A stretch of DNA of 64,000 nt, from contig OZ365118.1 of NCBI GenBank assembly GCA_977030845.1, positions 1,798,001 through 1,862,000 on the forward strand, in the 5' to 3' direction. Under the pieces are notes generated by a model. That model worked only from the letters and a program-made list of their open reading frames with translations. It was not told the origin of the DNA and ran no database searches. Source of the stretch: Fimbriosthenelais zetlandica. Its lineage: Eukaryota. The position numbers were made by a program, and so were the translations under genes. Positions 26,601-39,664 of this stretch are shown piece by piece (position 1 is the first letter of the stretch; each line of letters opens with the position of its first letter).

Positions 26601-29600
26601 GAGATGCGCCGGGCGATAATCGGGGGGAATCTCATAGATAAACAATACAAGTAAATGACCTTTAACTTCTTAATGACCTTCAAACTTCTTAGCCGAGCGC
26701 TCATCACTTTAAGTAGAATTAAATAACAATCTTTTCATTTATCTTTCTTAATATGACGCCCAAGTTACGACCCTCTTTGTAACCCCTCTTATCAAATACA
26801 TTATTGGATAATTATGATGAACTAGAAAATACAAGACATGATTCTAATTATAAATCATCGCTACAAAAAAACAAAACATTGTAGATCTTTTTTAAAGCGT
26901 GATAAATGGCCTTAGAGAAAGTTAAATGCATTAAAGCTATTGAAATGATTGAAGTGCCGATTGAAAAAGGCGTCTTCATGTGCAATTTGAAATCCCCTTA
27001 CAAAGGCTTTAGAAAAAACCACAACAGGTAGCCTGCAGCCTGCAGCCTGCCATCATGGCCGCCATTCCCTGCGGTTTCCTTGGCAACTTTCCACACATAT
27101 CTTACGTGACGAACCTAATTGGACAATGATGTGTGAGTAGGTTTTTCCAATAATAATAAGCCCCCTCGTCCCCCCTCGTCTCCCCATTCTTCCCCCCATG
27201 TGTGTGAGAGGTGTAGGTAGAGGGAGATCACGACTTGGCACTCCACCCATGGCTGTGGCCAGTCTCTGTCCAAACCATACAATAGTCGGTATTCCCTGAT
27301 AACCACAGACAGGGAGAAGGTGGGGTGGTGGATGTATGTGTGGGTGTTTATATAACATGTTTACATCTCTAATTCTCACCCTTTACGCTTCCCTGACCAC
27401 CAGGTCAGAGGTCGTAACACTCGGTTCCTCACCCGGCCTGGTTATGGAGGAATCCCAGGCCATTCTGTCATGTTACCAGGGTCCTAACAAAAACATGATT
27501 ACTCTCAAAGTCCAGGGATGGATTAAATCATTAAATCATTTGAAATTGATTTGACCATGACTGTACTGATAATCACAGAACAGACACAGATGTTTAAATG
27601 TTATATTCTCTACTGTAGGTACATCTGGTGATAAATATACCTGTAAGGAAACCTTCACCTTTAAGATGTTGATGACCAGTAACGATTGCTGATCAATCAG
27701 AAAAGCGATGAGGGTTCAACATAAAAGCAGGGGGTGCATGACATGGGCGGCCTGGAGGTAGACAGAGGGGTGAGAGGGGTATAGAGGGATGAGAGGGGTA
27801 TAGAGGTAGAGGAATCTTTGTTTCTCGATACCGCATACCTATGGTAGATACCTGGAGTAGATTGGACCTTTGATATAAGTTAGTGATTACAGGTGTATAT
27901 AATAGGCCAGGGGTGAATGTATGGAGCCAGCTGGCACCTCCTACACACGCCCACACTCTCACCCACATTATAACATATATATGTATGGTCTGCCACAAGA
28001 CCAGTGGTCCAACATAGAGTACTCAGGTGCAGGTGCCTTATATTGGTGCACCAAGAGATAAGGTCAGCTGCTCCTTTATACAGGTTCAGAACAATAGATA
28101 CGACCATCAATACAGGAAACTAATAGTTAAAGAAAACCACAAGCTTGGATATCACTTCATATGATGAGACATATAGGTATGTGAGTATTTTAATACATTA
28201 CACTATCATATTGTAAACTCTCATTTATATAGTATTTTTACATGAAGCACTGGTTTTTTCCACCAGTAAAGCACCAGGCATTGTAAAGTAAAGGTACAGC
28301 CATCAGTTGAGGCTTGTATTTGTGTCGGCTCACTACAGTTCTGTTAGAACTCCACTTGCATGTTTTTACATGATACTTAAGGATATTTACCAAGTTGAGC
28401 TCCCAGAGGGGCCTAGCCGGGCTTTGTTCCTGTAAGAACAAGGAACTGTATCCCTGGGGCTAAATGGTTTTTAAATGTCGAGCCTTTGAGTGATTATAGG
28501 CGAGCTGCTCGGGGTGAGTCGGTTATTGCTCTACCTTTGATCATCCCCTCTGACGATCAATGTCAGTGATTGTCATTCTATACCTCTACCCTTTATCTCA
28601 CTCTCACTTTGTGACATTTTTAGACCCTCGGTGTGTTTGGTTGTTTGCTTTGCATGTGTCTCCGATGATGGTAGAGACCCTATATAAGGTATCAGTGTGG
28701 CCAGGGGTGAGGGAGCAGTGGTGGTGTGGGTGGTGGGGGGGGGGGGGGGGGGTGGGGGTGAGGGAGCAGTTGTGGTGTGGGGGGTGGGGGGGGGGGAGCA
28801 GTGATTATCAGGTACACCCATATCATGAACCTATACTTCTATACTTAGACAGCTTTTATTGGATGCTATAAGATGTTTGCACCAAGACGCGATCTTAAGG
28901 CTAATGATTTACATCATCGTAGACCCGCGTAAAACACTTAGTAAAGCATATATATTAAAGTAGTATTGATCGAAACAAAAGTAAAATGTATACATTGTAA
29001 CTTATAACGTACCTGTGTAAAACCAACAACTATTCTCTAAGTACGTGTCTAAATGTAACAATTCCCTCAAAGTAGACAAAGTACGTGTATGGTAATAAAT
29101 GGATTGCGTTAAAAAGTGTTAAGAATAGGCTATAGTGATGAAGCGTTCTATTTTAAATTTAATTTTTCATTCCGGGAGCAGCTCGTATTTTATGTGAGAT
29201 AAGGAGCATATCGCTCAGCATTCAGATACACTTTATCAGGAGCTCAGCTGCCAACCATCAACCTTAATATTTCATCATATCGTTTTGTGCCGGATGAAAT
29301 ACAAAACATAATAGAGCCTCAGTGAATTTTATCTGGTGGTGAAATTTTCATGTGTTAGCGGCGTACTATGGGGAATAGATGGCCGGTACATTGACAAACA
29401 GCCCCCATCAATATACGTCCAACAACCAACCTTAAAAAAACAAAAGGCAATTATTTTAGCTGTGTTCAAAGCCTACTCCTGGGCGTGAACTTTTGTGTAG
29501 TTCAAACCATTTAGAATTAATCGAAATTGTTCAAAAGATTATTGACTACCTTATTGTTATTATTGATAGGCATTGATGGCATCATGAAAGGATTGGCGAG

Positions 29601-32600
29601 GCAGCGATTGTATCAGGCTGCCTGTTCAACTCGCTCGATTGGCAAGCAATGAATATTTTACATTTAATACGCTCCAATGTAGGAGGGTTTCAATGAGTTG
29701 AAGCAGACAGGGACCATAGGAAATCTATAGAAGGAGCTGTATCCGGCTTATGTTGGTTCTTATAGTGGGCAATAATGAGAATAGGTTGAGGAATACACAA
29801 TGGGTATTCACTGGTGGGGGAATATTAAACCTGACACACCGGACCATGGAGGGACTGATGTAGGTGCAACAAACTGCTGAGATGTATTGAATCTTTTATA
29901 TGTCAAGTGTTCAATATACATAGGCTGTCAGTCCGCGGGATAAATGATAAACCGTACAGGCATTCAACTATGACTAAATGCACTTTATTAGCAACCGTGG
30001 AAGCACATTGATATAAATGTCCTATTGAAATTACTCCACAGTGGTTATTATTATAATTTACACCTCCCGGCCCCCCCTACCGACTGAGAGCTGAATCATT
30101 ATACCATTCATGGTAACAGTCTCTAAGATGTTTGTACTGAAACCTCATCTTAATATCCTCCATTAATACGAGGATATAGTCCAATTATCCAATAGTTAAA
30201 TTGGAATTTAAATGTTCTCCTAGTGGCATCAATATGAATACATGAATAAATGTTCTTATTCCTATATTGATGCTAGTCGCACAACCTTAATATTTCAATA
30301 TATTTTGGATATGGAATAATACTACTTAGCATTATCTGTCATATATCTGATGGTTAAATAATGCCGTCTGTCGATACCATGGTCACATTATTATCCTTTA
30401 TGTCAATAACCTACTGCCCTGACCCGGGTATGAGATGACCAGGGGGCATGTTGAGCCTACAGTAGATGAGTTAGACACACTATCTATACGCTACATGTAT
30501 ATATATGACCGGGAATTCAATGGTCATTATCTCTACCATTGTGGTACTTTATATCTGAGTAACAGGACATCCCATATCACTCATAGAGATAATGCTTTAT
30601 GGTCAAACAACTATCATTGTCACATTTCCTGTCCCGCTTCTGCTGCTAGTGATCTATATGTGGAATGTTATGACCCTATATATACATAGAGATTTATAAC
30701 CACCATAATATAGGACCCCTATATAACGGAGAAAGTGGCTGAGTGTTTTCCAAGGTGTCCTTTTCAGTAAAAATAAGGCTTACACTTTGTTTCCTTGATC
30801 TGTCTATGTTATTTGCAGTATAAACACGGGCTTGTTCCCGGTATTTAGTTAGCCTCCAGCCAGTCGCCTCTTGTCCTGCCTGTCAGGATCGTTCTGCTAA
30901 ATTAAGTTAAGACCCATCCACAGAAGAGGGCTGGAGAGGAGGACATGTTGGCGGGAGGATAACAGAGAGATGGGGAAGGCACGAGTGACAATGCCATTTA
31001 CTACCCCTCATTGAGAGCCCGGGTCAGGCCATGGTCAGTCTGTGGTCAGGGGATGGGAGATATTGACAGGGGCAGGTCTTGACCTCATGGGTCATCAGCT
31101 GGCCTGCTGATTGCTACTGACCACGTTTGACCAAGGACAACAAACCCAGACCCATGTTCCCAAAGTAAAGCAGGCAGCCATGAGGCCTGGTCATGGTCAT
31201 TATTGTGTGGGTTGTAGGTCTACTATAGTCCATCAACATGGCTGGTCATTTTTTAGCCACTACTGATACACAATATAACTGTGTCCATACAATATCACTG
31301 GTCAACTTCAGGCCGCCAATTAATACCATGCCTTCTCCATATCTTTATAATTAAGCTTCCATTGTTGAAGATCTAGATTCTGTTTGTGTCCAAGGGTATG
31401 TTTGGAATGTGTAGCTACTGAAGGAATGCATTACCATTAGTCAGAGCAAAGGACATGTTTGTTTCGGCTTTCTTCTGACGGTGCCTTCCTTTGAAATAGA
31501 ATCAGGTTTCATTTTGTGGGCATCCATATTATGATAGCAAGTATAGATAATCATTGAAATGGACTTCCGTTTTTTCATGACAGACATTTGAGCTAAAACA
31601 CTCAAGTTAATATGAAATATTTAATATAATAAAAAATAGGCAAAATGGGAGCCAAGCAATTGAGATTGAAATGAGAAAATGGTAAGAAAATGTTGAGTAT
31701 TGTTGAGTATGTTCCGTCAACAAGCTGTAGAGGGGGACAGTAGATGCGGTGAACCCTGGGGAACCCTGGGGAAGGAAGGGGAGCAGATCCCGGGGGAGAG
31801 TGTTTACTCACGGTGAGGAGAGGGCTTTCACCCATGAGGGGTTGAGAGGGGGTAGGGTGAGGGTACATCCCTTGAGGGTTGTATGGTCAGAAGCCCTCAG
31901 ATCATGGTGAGTAGGTCCTAACGATGAACAGGGCCATGGAGGCCAGGAAACACACACTAGCCTGCACATGTTTGCCACCAGTGTTTGCACCCTTTAGTTT
32001 GCATTTTGGCTTAGGTCTCCATCTCCCCTCATACTCTACCTGGGCCGCATACGGATGAGATGTGGACATGGGAGGAGGGGGGAACTATACAAAACAGCCT
32101 TGTAATTACTCTCAGTCGTGGATAAAGTCTGTTTTTGCACACTTAGGAGATTAAATCATTCGATAAAAGAACAAGATGCAATTGTATCCATTATGTAAGT
32201 TTTACACCTAAACACTCAACGCTGTTCAGTGTATTATCCTCCGCTATAAATGATATAAAGTGTTCTATACACTGTTTTAGTGATAATCCAGGGGGTTGAA
32301 GCTTGTAGAGTACAGCACAGTGCCCCCCACCCCCCTTTAGGTTCAGGGCTAAGGCCCCTCCACCCCCTCCATCTATAAGTATGTGTACAGTACCACATTG
32401 TAACAGTGATATTCATTCAGTAGGATTACTCTGGGCTCGTCCCTGGCCGGCCTGTCTCCGCTATGTCATGTTTGTACGGCGGGCAGTGGATCACAGATAA
32501 TCTGTCCGCTTTAACCACCAAACTCTACCCCGGATCATCGACTGTGTGTGCGGGGTGTGCTCTATGTATGTATAGAGGTGGGTGGGGGGGGGGGGACAGG

Positions 32601-33387
32601 GCGGGGAGGGGGCTGGGGTTGGGAAGCTATACCTTCTCTCTATGATAGAAGCCTGTATTTTGAGCCGTATATACATTATTCTACATTTGGTCATCTTACT
32701 GGTTGTTGCGTGATGTACATGTACAAGGTGGAGACCAGCGGGTCAGTTTCACGTATTGCTTACTACAAGAGATTCCACAGACTATAGGTCCATGTGTGTG
32801 GTCATGACCAAAAATGAAGTCATGATCAGAAATGAATCATTCCTAAGCTGAAATCTACCTCAATTTAGCATTCAGGGTTACAAGGAATTGTGTTCTAATG
32901 AACACATATACTTTATTAAAAGGTGAAGTCATTTAAACTAGAAAAAAATACTTGTTGAAAATATTATTGTCGAAAAGAGAAGTATAGGAAATGGGTGTAA
33001 AAGTGGCATTGGGGTCTGTAGGTGGGAACAAATAGTACCGTGGGTAGGGGGTAAGGTATGAGTGGCCGTGGGTGGGGGTAAGGTATGAGTGGCCGTGGGT
33101 AGGGGTAAGGTATGAGTGGCACATGGAGAGAGAGGGTCGGCCAGGGTGGCATGTCAACAGCATTCCGCGAGGACAGGAGTCAGTGTGAGAGGTCTCTCAA
33201 GCTGCGAGCCTCTCGTCTCTACCTCGCGGCGTCCAGCAGACAGTCTCCTCTCTCTCGTCTATTAAGTGAAGGAGGTTGAGGAGTAAAGTAAAGACAGTCT
33301 GACTTCATACCACCACAGACAGCCACAAGGGTTATTTATCATGGTTCAGTCAGTTTTTTTCTTACCTTTACTTCTCTTACAACATAG

Positions 33388-33479
33388 GATACTGTTTACA
33401 CGCCTGTTATAGCTCACAGTGTGGGCTTCAAGAGGCAGGGTTGATGGGTTCAAAATCACTCCACGAGTACAGAGATCAG
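33388..33479 (+). other. Candidate non-coding 5' UTR exon of the protocadherin
   Basis: A long pyrimidine tract ends in aacatag|, and a donor CAG|GTGAAC follows. Splice signals are the only evidence. Confidence 0.3.
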
Positions 33480-33780
33480 GTGAACATTCTCTACTTGTGA
33501 CTGGAGTATTTTTGCTGTATAAAATATCATTAGTGAAGTACTAAGCCTGTCTCTGTGGACTGTAACAGTATTCTGCTCTCACTAACGGTAGTACTCCACT
33601 GCTGCGATCTAGCTTGCGACTCTTTTCTGGCATTGGTTGCGACTCTATCCTGGCATTGCTTGCGATTCTGGCGTTGCAATGAAAAATGTACCAGTGGAGG
33701 ATATTGTTAAAACCTTGGACACCAGAATTTATCAATTGTATAGGATGTAAGCATCACCTTTGTTGGAGTTAGGTAGTGGA

Positions 33781-33889
33781 GTAGTGTCGCTAGTATAATG
33801 GCAGCATTATAGTCCCGCTTTAAGCTTTGGTAGAGTAGTGTGGCTAGTATAATGGCAGCATTAGAGTCCTGCTTTAAGCCTTGGTAGAG
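33781..33889. repeat. ~54-bp tandem duplication
   Basis: gtagtgt(c/g)gctagtataatggcagcatta(t/g)agtcc(c/t)gctttaagc(t/c)ttggtaga x2. Confidence 0.85.
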
Positions 33890-33956
33890 TACATGTACTG
33901 TTGTAAGCTGTATATAAGCAGACCCTGTACTGATCATTCTCTCCTTCTCGTTACAG

Positions 33957-34241
33957 ATCAGATGAATGATGGCGTTTGACGGGACTGATTCGTATCCCAC
34001 AAAGTCACAGAGAACAACTGTCACCGACGATACCCGAGGATTCCCACCCACTCTACCACCAAACATGAGAGTCATAATACAGCCGGACACTACCCTACCA
34101 TCCCTCACACTGACCAGTACAATGACCAGTACACCACTGGTCACTACTCCACTCTACACCCATACAAACCTCCATACAGACTGCTTCTAATACTGACCAC
34201 CAGGAGGTTATATACTCCCCTTACTTACACGTATAGTCATT
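33957..34241 (+). other. 5' UTR part of the large protocadherin exon
   Basis: A strong acceptor cattctctccttctcgttacag| ends at 33956, 285 nt upstream of the first ATG of the long ORF. Confidence 0.55.
33966..34190 (+). other. Upstream ORF (74 aa, Thr/Pro-rich) in the protocadherin leader
   Basis: The ORF starts 9 nt after the 33956 acceptor. It is in frame with the main ORF (offset 276 nt) but separated from it by TAA and TGA. Confidence 0.35.
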
Positions 34242-37094
34242 ATGGATCTTACAATGGTGGACATCCTGAAAATGGGACGATGCTGGAGGAAGGGCTGCGG
34301 TCAGGGTGGAGGGGTGAGGAAGATGGGGTTATATCAGTCAGCTGGAGGAGGGGAAGGTACCAGGTACCCGGGGTACACGGGGAGGCATGGCTATCTCTAT
34401 ATACCAGCAGTTCTAGCCTTGATCTCCCTCCTCGTCCTCCAGGCCATACCTCCAGGACTGGGAGCTGATAAAGATCTACAATACCAGATCCTGGAGGAGC
34501 TACCTCCCAACACCTACATCGCTGATATAGTGGATGATGCTAAACTTGATATGGGTGAGAGCAGGAGGAAGCAGGGAGATCTAGAGCGGCTACACTTCTC
34601 ACTGAAGGACCGGGTGGGTGCTCAGAGGAGCTTCAAGGATTACTTCACCATCCATAGTAGTACAGGTATTCTACGTACAGCTAAAGTCATCGACAGGGAC
34701 CAGATCTGTCCCCACCAAATGTCATGTCCTATTCATCTCAATGTTATGGTCCAGCCAGGACGATTCTTTAAAATTCTCAAGATAACAATCCATATAATGG
34801 ATCTCAATGATAATGGTCCAGTGTTCCCACAGTCTGTGATTATCAAGCAGGTACCCGAGGCCAGCTCAGTGGGTACCGCCTTCACTCTGCCCAGTGCCGA
34901 GGACCAGGACAGTGGTGTGTTCGGTGTCCAGCAGTACCAGCTGGTCACTAACACCCCCAAGTTTGAGCTGAGAGTGACCAACAGTTCCACCTTTGGTGTG
35001 GTGGACCTACACCTGATTCTGAAGGAACGTCTAGACAGGGAGGAGATGGAGGTGTACAACATGGAGGTTGTAGCCCTGGACGGGGGCACTCCACCCAAAT
35101 CCGGGTCTATGAGAATCCAAGTGCAGGTCCAAGATGCCAATGACAACAACCCCCGGTTTAATAACTACACGTATGATGTGTCAATAGTGGAGAATATACC
35201 CATAGACTCTACCATCATCCGTCTGCACGCCCACGACCCTGATGCTGGTCTTAACGGGGAGGTGGTGTATGAATTCTCCCCGCAGACTCAGGACGAGTAC
35301 GGGAGATTATTCGCCATAGACGCAGACACTGGTGAGATCTATGTGAGGGGTACAGTAGATTATGAGAAAGGTAGTGTTTATTATCTCACAGTGACAGCTC
35401 GTGATCGAGGCCCCAACTCACTACCAGCCTACGCTAAAGTGGTGATCCATGTCATCGATATTAATGACCATGCTCCTGAGATCACGCTGAATGCCCTCAC
35501 CACTACAGGTATAGCCGAGGTCTCAGAGGGGGCGGCTATAGGTACGTTTGTAGCTCATGTATCAGTGGTGGATCTAGATGGAGGGGTGAGTGGGGAGGTG
35601 AGTTGTAGTATGGACAGCAGGAACTTTGATCTACAACAGTTATATGAGACTGAGTATAAGATCACCACCAAGAGTTTGTTTGACAGAGAGCGGCAGTCAG
35701 AGTACCATTTAAACATGGTGTGTCAGGACCACGGTATGCCACCTCAGACGGCCACCAAACGTATCACAGTCAGTGTGGTCGACTCTAACGATAACGGCCC
35801 TGTCTTCTGGAGACAGGGATATGTGGCGGAAATCAAAGAAAATAACCCCATCAATGCTTATGTGACGCAAGTCAATGCTTCTGACAGGGATGCTGGGAGG
35901 AATTCTGTCATCCGTTACTCTATAACTGAAGGTAACAGTCGCGGCCTGCTGGCCATCAGTACCAATACGGGCGTTATACGAGCCACGGTGGTCTTTGACT
36001 ATGAGAAGCAACGACAATACCGCTTTATACTCTTAGCTCAAGACCAGGGGAGCCCTCCCAAGTCATCCACAGCCACCCTCACCCTCAACATCCTCGACAC
36101 TAACGACGTAGCTCCTAAATTCAGTCAGGATATCTTCAGTTACGGCGTGTATGAGAACACGCCACCCGGCACGTTAGTGGGCTACGTGCGGGCCTCAGAT
36201 CCAGACTCCGATCCCTATAATGAGATCCTATACGCCTTAGATCTGTGGAAGGGTGGCTTTGACGAGTTTAGCATTGATTCAGTCACAGGGGAACTGACCA
36301 CTAAGAGGGAGTTAGATAGAGAACAGAAGGATTCATATCTACTGGTGGTCGTGGCCAGGAATAGAGGATATCCTCACATGAAGACTTCAGTGAACGTGTC
36401 GGTGTTTGTAGGGGATCAGAATGATAACGCCCCGGTCATCAGATACCCTCATCAATATAATAACACAGTGTTTATATCCAGCCAGCTACCTGTAGGTTCA
36501 CGCATCGTCAAGATAGATGCTAAAGATCCGGACTATGGTGATAGTGGTGCTTTAACGTACACTATAGTGTCTGGTAATGACAAGGATGTGTTTATACTTA
36601 ATACCACTAATGGGTGGGTGACAGTGAAGCGCCCATTGGAGGAATACCACAGCCAGATTCACAGATTTGTCATCATGGTGTCAGACCATGGTGAGCCCCA
36701 GCACAGCTCCAGGACGGAGCTTCATATTGTTGTCAACAAATCAGTATCAATCTCACTCTCTGGTAACTCGGGTTTTTCTCTATTTAATATTAAAGACAGC
36801 CACTTGATTATAGGGACAGCGGTTATAGTGTTTCTAATCGTGGTGCTTGTGGTGGCAATAGTGGCTGTTCAGTGCAGACAAAGACGATCTAACAGAGGTA
36901 GCAAATATAACTGTAGGCGTGAAGCACGCAAAAGGAACGGCACGGAGGTGCCCTCAGCTAATGGTGGCTGGACTAAAGCTGATCTTAAAGAAAAACCAAA
37001 AAAAGCTGTGACCTTCCGTATGGATATGGACGACAGTGACGCGGATGATGGGGATTCGTTATGGCCGCCAAACGGCGAGAGCGAACCCGCGCCG
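34242..37094 (+). CDS. Pcdh: Protocadherin (non-clustered, delta-like; 7 cadherin repeats), coding exon 1: signal peptide, EC1-EC7, TM helix, juxtamembrane tail
   Basis: The 955-aa ORF has seven repeats carrying cadherin Ca-binding motifs (PE/xE, DxD, LDRE/DYE, DxNDN). EC1 has the protocadherin DRD..C-X5-C signature (ICPHQMSC). A hydrophobic signal segment (YIPAVLALISLLVLQA) and a TM helix (LIIGTAVIVFLIVVLVVAIVAV, 36804-36869) are present. The whole ectodomain lies in one exon, as is typical of protocadherins. The donor CCG|GTAAGT follows 37094 (phase 0). The symbol is family-level only, and the true start Met (M1, M5, M10 or M28) is uncertain. Confidence 0.96.
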
Positions 37095-37099
37095 GTAAG

Positions 37100-37160
37100 T
37101 ACTCAATGATTACTACTCAATACTCAATGATTACTACTCAATACTCAATGATTACTACTC
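37100..37160. repeat. 21-bp tandem repeat abutting the exon 1 donor
   Basis: tactcaatgattactactcaa x2.9. Confidence 0.9.
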
Positions 37161-39546
37161 TACAATAAGAGGGACATGGGGGCAGAGAGTGCAGTGAATT
37201 ACAGCACAGATTGGTGGCAGAAACTGAGAGATCGCACCATCTCTAGATGTGAAATGAGAAACTTTTGATCTTTTAGTTCATATCCAAAATCGTCTCCGAT
37301 ATACAAGTTTCATCTCTTGTTACTTGACACTTCTGAACATATATATTTAAATCTTGATTGCTCTGAGATTTCAAAACAATACTGGGTATACTTTTGTTCA
37401 GAAATTGATCTCTGGCCTTATACAAAGCACTGCAGATTCAAGTGATTGAAGTAAATCATTCTCTTGAGTGACATTTCTAGAGTTTCCTGAACTCATTTAT
37501 AGACGTTTCTGAATGTAGATTAAAACTGAACCTGGGGATAATGAATTATATATGTAAGTAAAAGTAAGTCCAGTGGTTGACATAACTGAACGGGAAGGTA
37601 AATTCAAGGGAGTGGGTCCTAAATGTTCTACATGGTATTATCATTGTTCCTATAGTACATCCCTCAACAATGGCTAACATATAATGAATCCATGGAGGCA
37701 TATATACACTGAGGGAGGGAGACATTGCTTGTACATGGCAGTAGAGCTTCTTGTCTTGTCTATGATGATATTTGGATGTATGCCGCATGTTGCCTGTCAT
37801 CCCTCTATAACATACCTTGTCATAATGTGATTGTTTAATCTCTAGTCGTATTAGTATTGGATTAGGGGAGTAGTAGGCATGTGAAGGCCTGTCTCATTAC
37901 CAGTACGGACCTTATGCTCCCCCATCATCATCTTCATTTGTCTCTGTCATTGCTTCATCCTTACAAAAAAACACAGCACGGACGATGAGTCCGTGCAGGC
38001 AGAATATTAATCATAATTATTCTAGCTTCTACTTCAAGACTGTGTTCTTACCATACAAGGCCTGCCTTACATTCCCCACTAACTGCTTTATATAGCTATA
38101 CACCCACATTTAATACTAAAACTAATTATGAATCATTACTTAGTAATCATATTGCTCTAATTATAAAATCATATCGCTGTATGATATTCGTTGATGAAGG
38201 ATATATATATGAAGAAGGAATGTGGAAAGACGGAATAACTTAATAATTTGGTCGGGAATGTTTTTCATAAACCCACAATCCGTGTGGATGCGTCGAATTA
38301 ATGAACCCCAATCATTAAAAATAAGCATTGAGGGAAAGAGTAAAAACATATCCCAATACAAAATTACACAAGCAGTGATGGCTAAATTACGATCATGATT
38401 TACATAATGTTATTATTAAATGTAACATGATTAGACAGAGTAATTATTATCACGTCTGATTAGATTAATCTGCTGCTACATGTATACATTATTAAACATG
38501 ACTCAGCAATTTAATAATTAAATTCTAATCAACACATAGAATGCCATTTTAGTAAGTTGTTAATTGCAGTTGCAAGGTGCCAAAGTGATTTATATAAATG
38601 GTTTTCTCATCGTCGGTTCATGCAGTATTCTGGTGGGAGGAGGGAGTATATTTAAGGTGGGGGGAGCTTGGTGGGAGGAGGGAGTATATTTAATGTAGGC
38701 AGAGGTTGCATGTAGTACCGTAATAAATAAATGGTGAAGCTAATAAACGTCTATTAGCCACTTAAAGAGTAGGTGAGAGAGATGTGAGGTAGAGGTAGAC
38801 ATGGATGCGGGAGGACACGTTAGTTTAATCAGACGTCAGGTCAATACGTCTCTACGTCTGTTTGAACTCCAGTCATGACGACATTACTATCTGGCAAACA
38901 CTCATGTCACATACAATCAATCTGACCATACAGCCCCGTAACGTAGAGGCTGTAGCTAATGTACTTTACTGTACACACGATAGAGCAATAACATAAAACC
39001 ACACTATAAATAAATGTGGCTTCAGGCACAATGTAGCGGACAGTAAGTGGGCTCAACTAACTCAGATACTTGGTCTTTTTACTTTGCCAAAAAGTGCTGC
39101 AGCAATCAGTTAGAGAAAACTTGTGTGAAAAAGAGCTCCCGATTTGAACAGGATATTGCACTTCTGTATGCAATCATCTCATGAAACTTGAAGCATTCAG
39201 TTCATTTATCTAACTTTTTTGCTTAACCGAGGTTCAAATAGTATGAGGAAGGAATGGGAAAAGTAAAGACATGGATTGATAAAGTGAGGAGGGAGGTGTT
39301 GGGGTCTAGTATAGTGTGAGATATATGACTGGCAGTTTTAGCCTGATTGCTATGTCTATAGTAATGAATCCACTCATTCATTATCAGTAGTAGATGTTAG
39401 TTTTTCGTTATCAGCAGATTCTGTCAATACTGTTACTGTCTCTAGGCTATGTTCAGACTATCAGGGTGGACTCTCTTATTTACAAGGCTCTCCATGCCTG
39501 TCATAACAGCAAAGTTCACCAATACTGACTCCTATAGCAGGGTGTG

Positions 39547-39664
39547 CTACGTCATAGCTTCATGCGTACTACGTCATAGCTTCATGCGTACTACGTCATA
39601 GCTTCATGCGTACTACGTCATAGCTTCAGGCTTATACGTCATTGCTTCAGGCGTACTACGTCAC
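39547..39664. repeat. 22-bp minisatellite, ~5-6 copies
   Basis: ctacgtcatagcttcatgcgta units. Confidence 0.9.

Noticed and set aside
33366-33514. Minus-strand exon with an open frame, phase-compatible with the 53276 donor
   Set aside because: Its donor is embedded in the + strand pyrimidine tract of the 33388 acceptor, and the peptide is unrecognisable. It is most likely coincidental, though not excluded.
1-33900. Additional protocadherin variable exons (clustered-type array)
   Set aside because: No cadherin motifs (DxNDN, LDRE, DxD) appear in any listed ORF upstream or downstream. Only one ectodomain exon is present in the window.
34733-36017. Antisense ORFs inside the protocadherin exon
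   Set aside because: They are shadow ORFs of a long coding exon.
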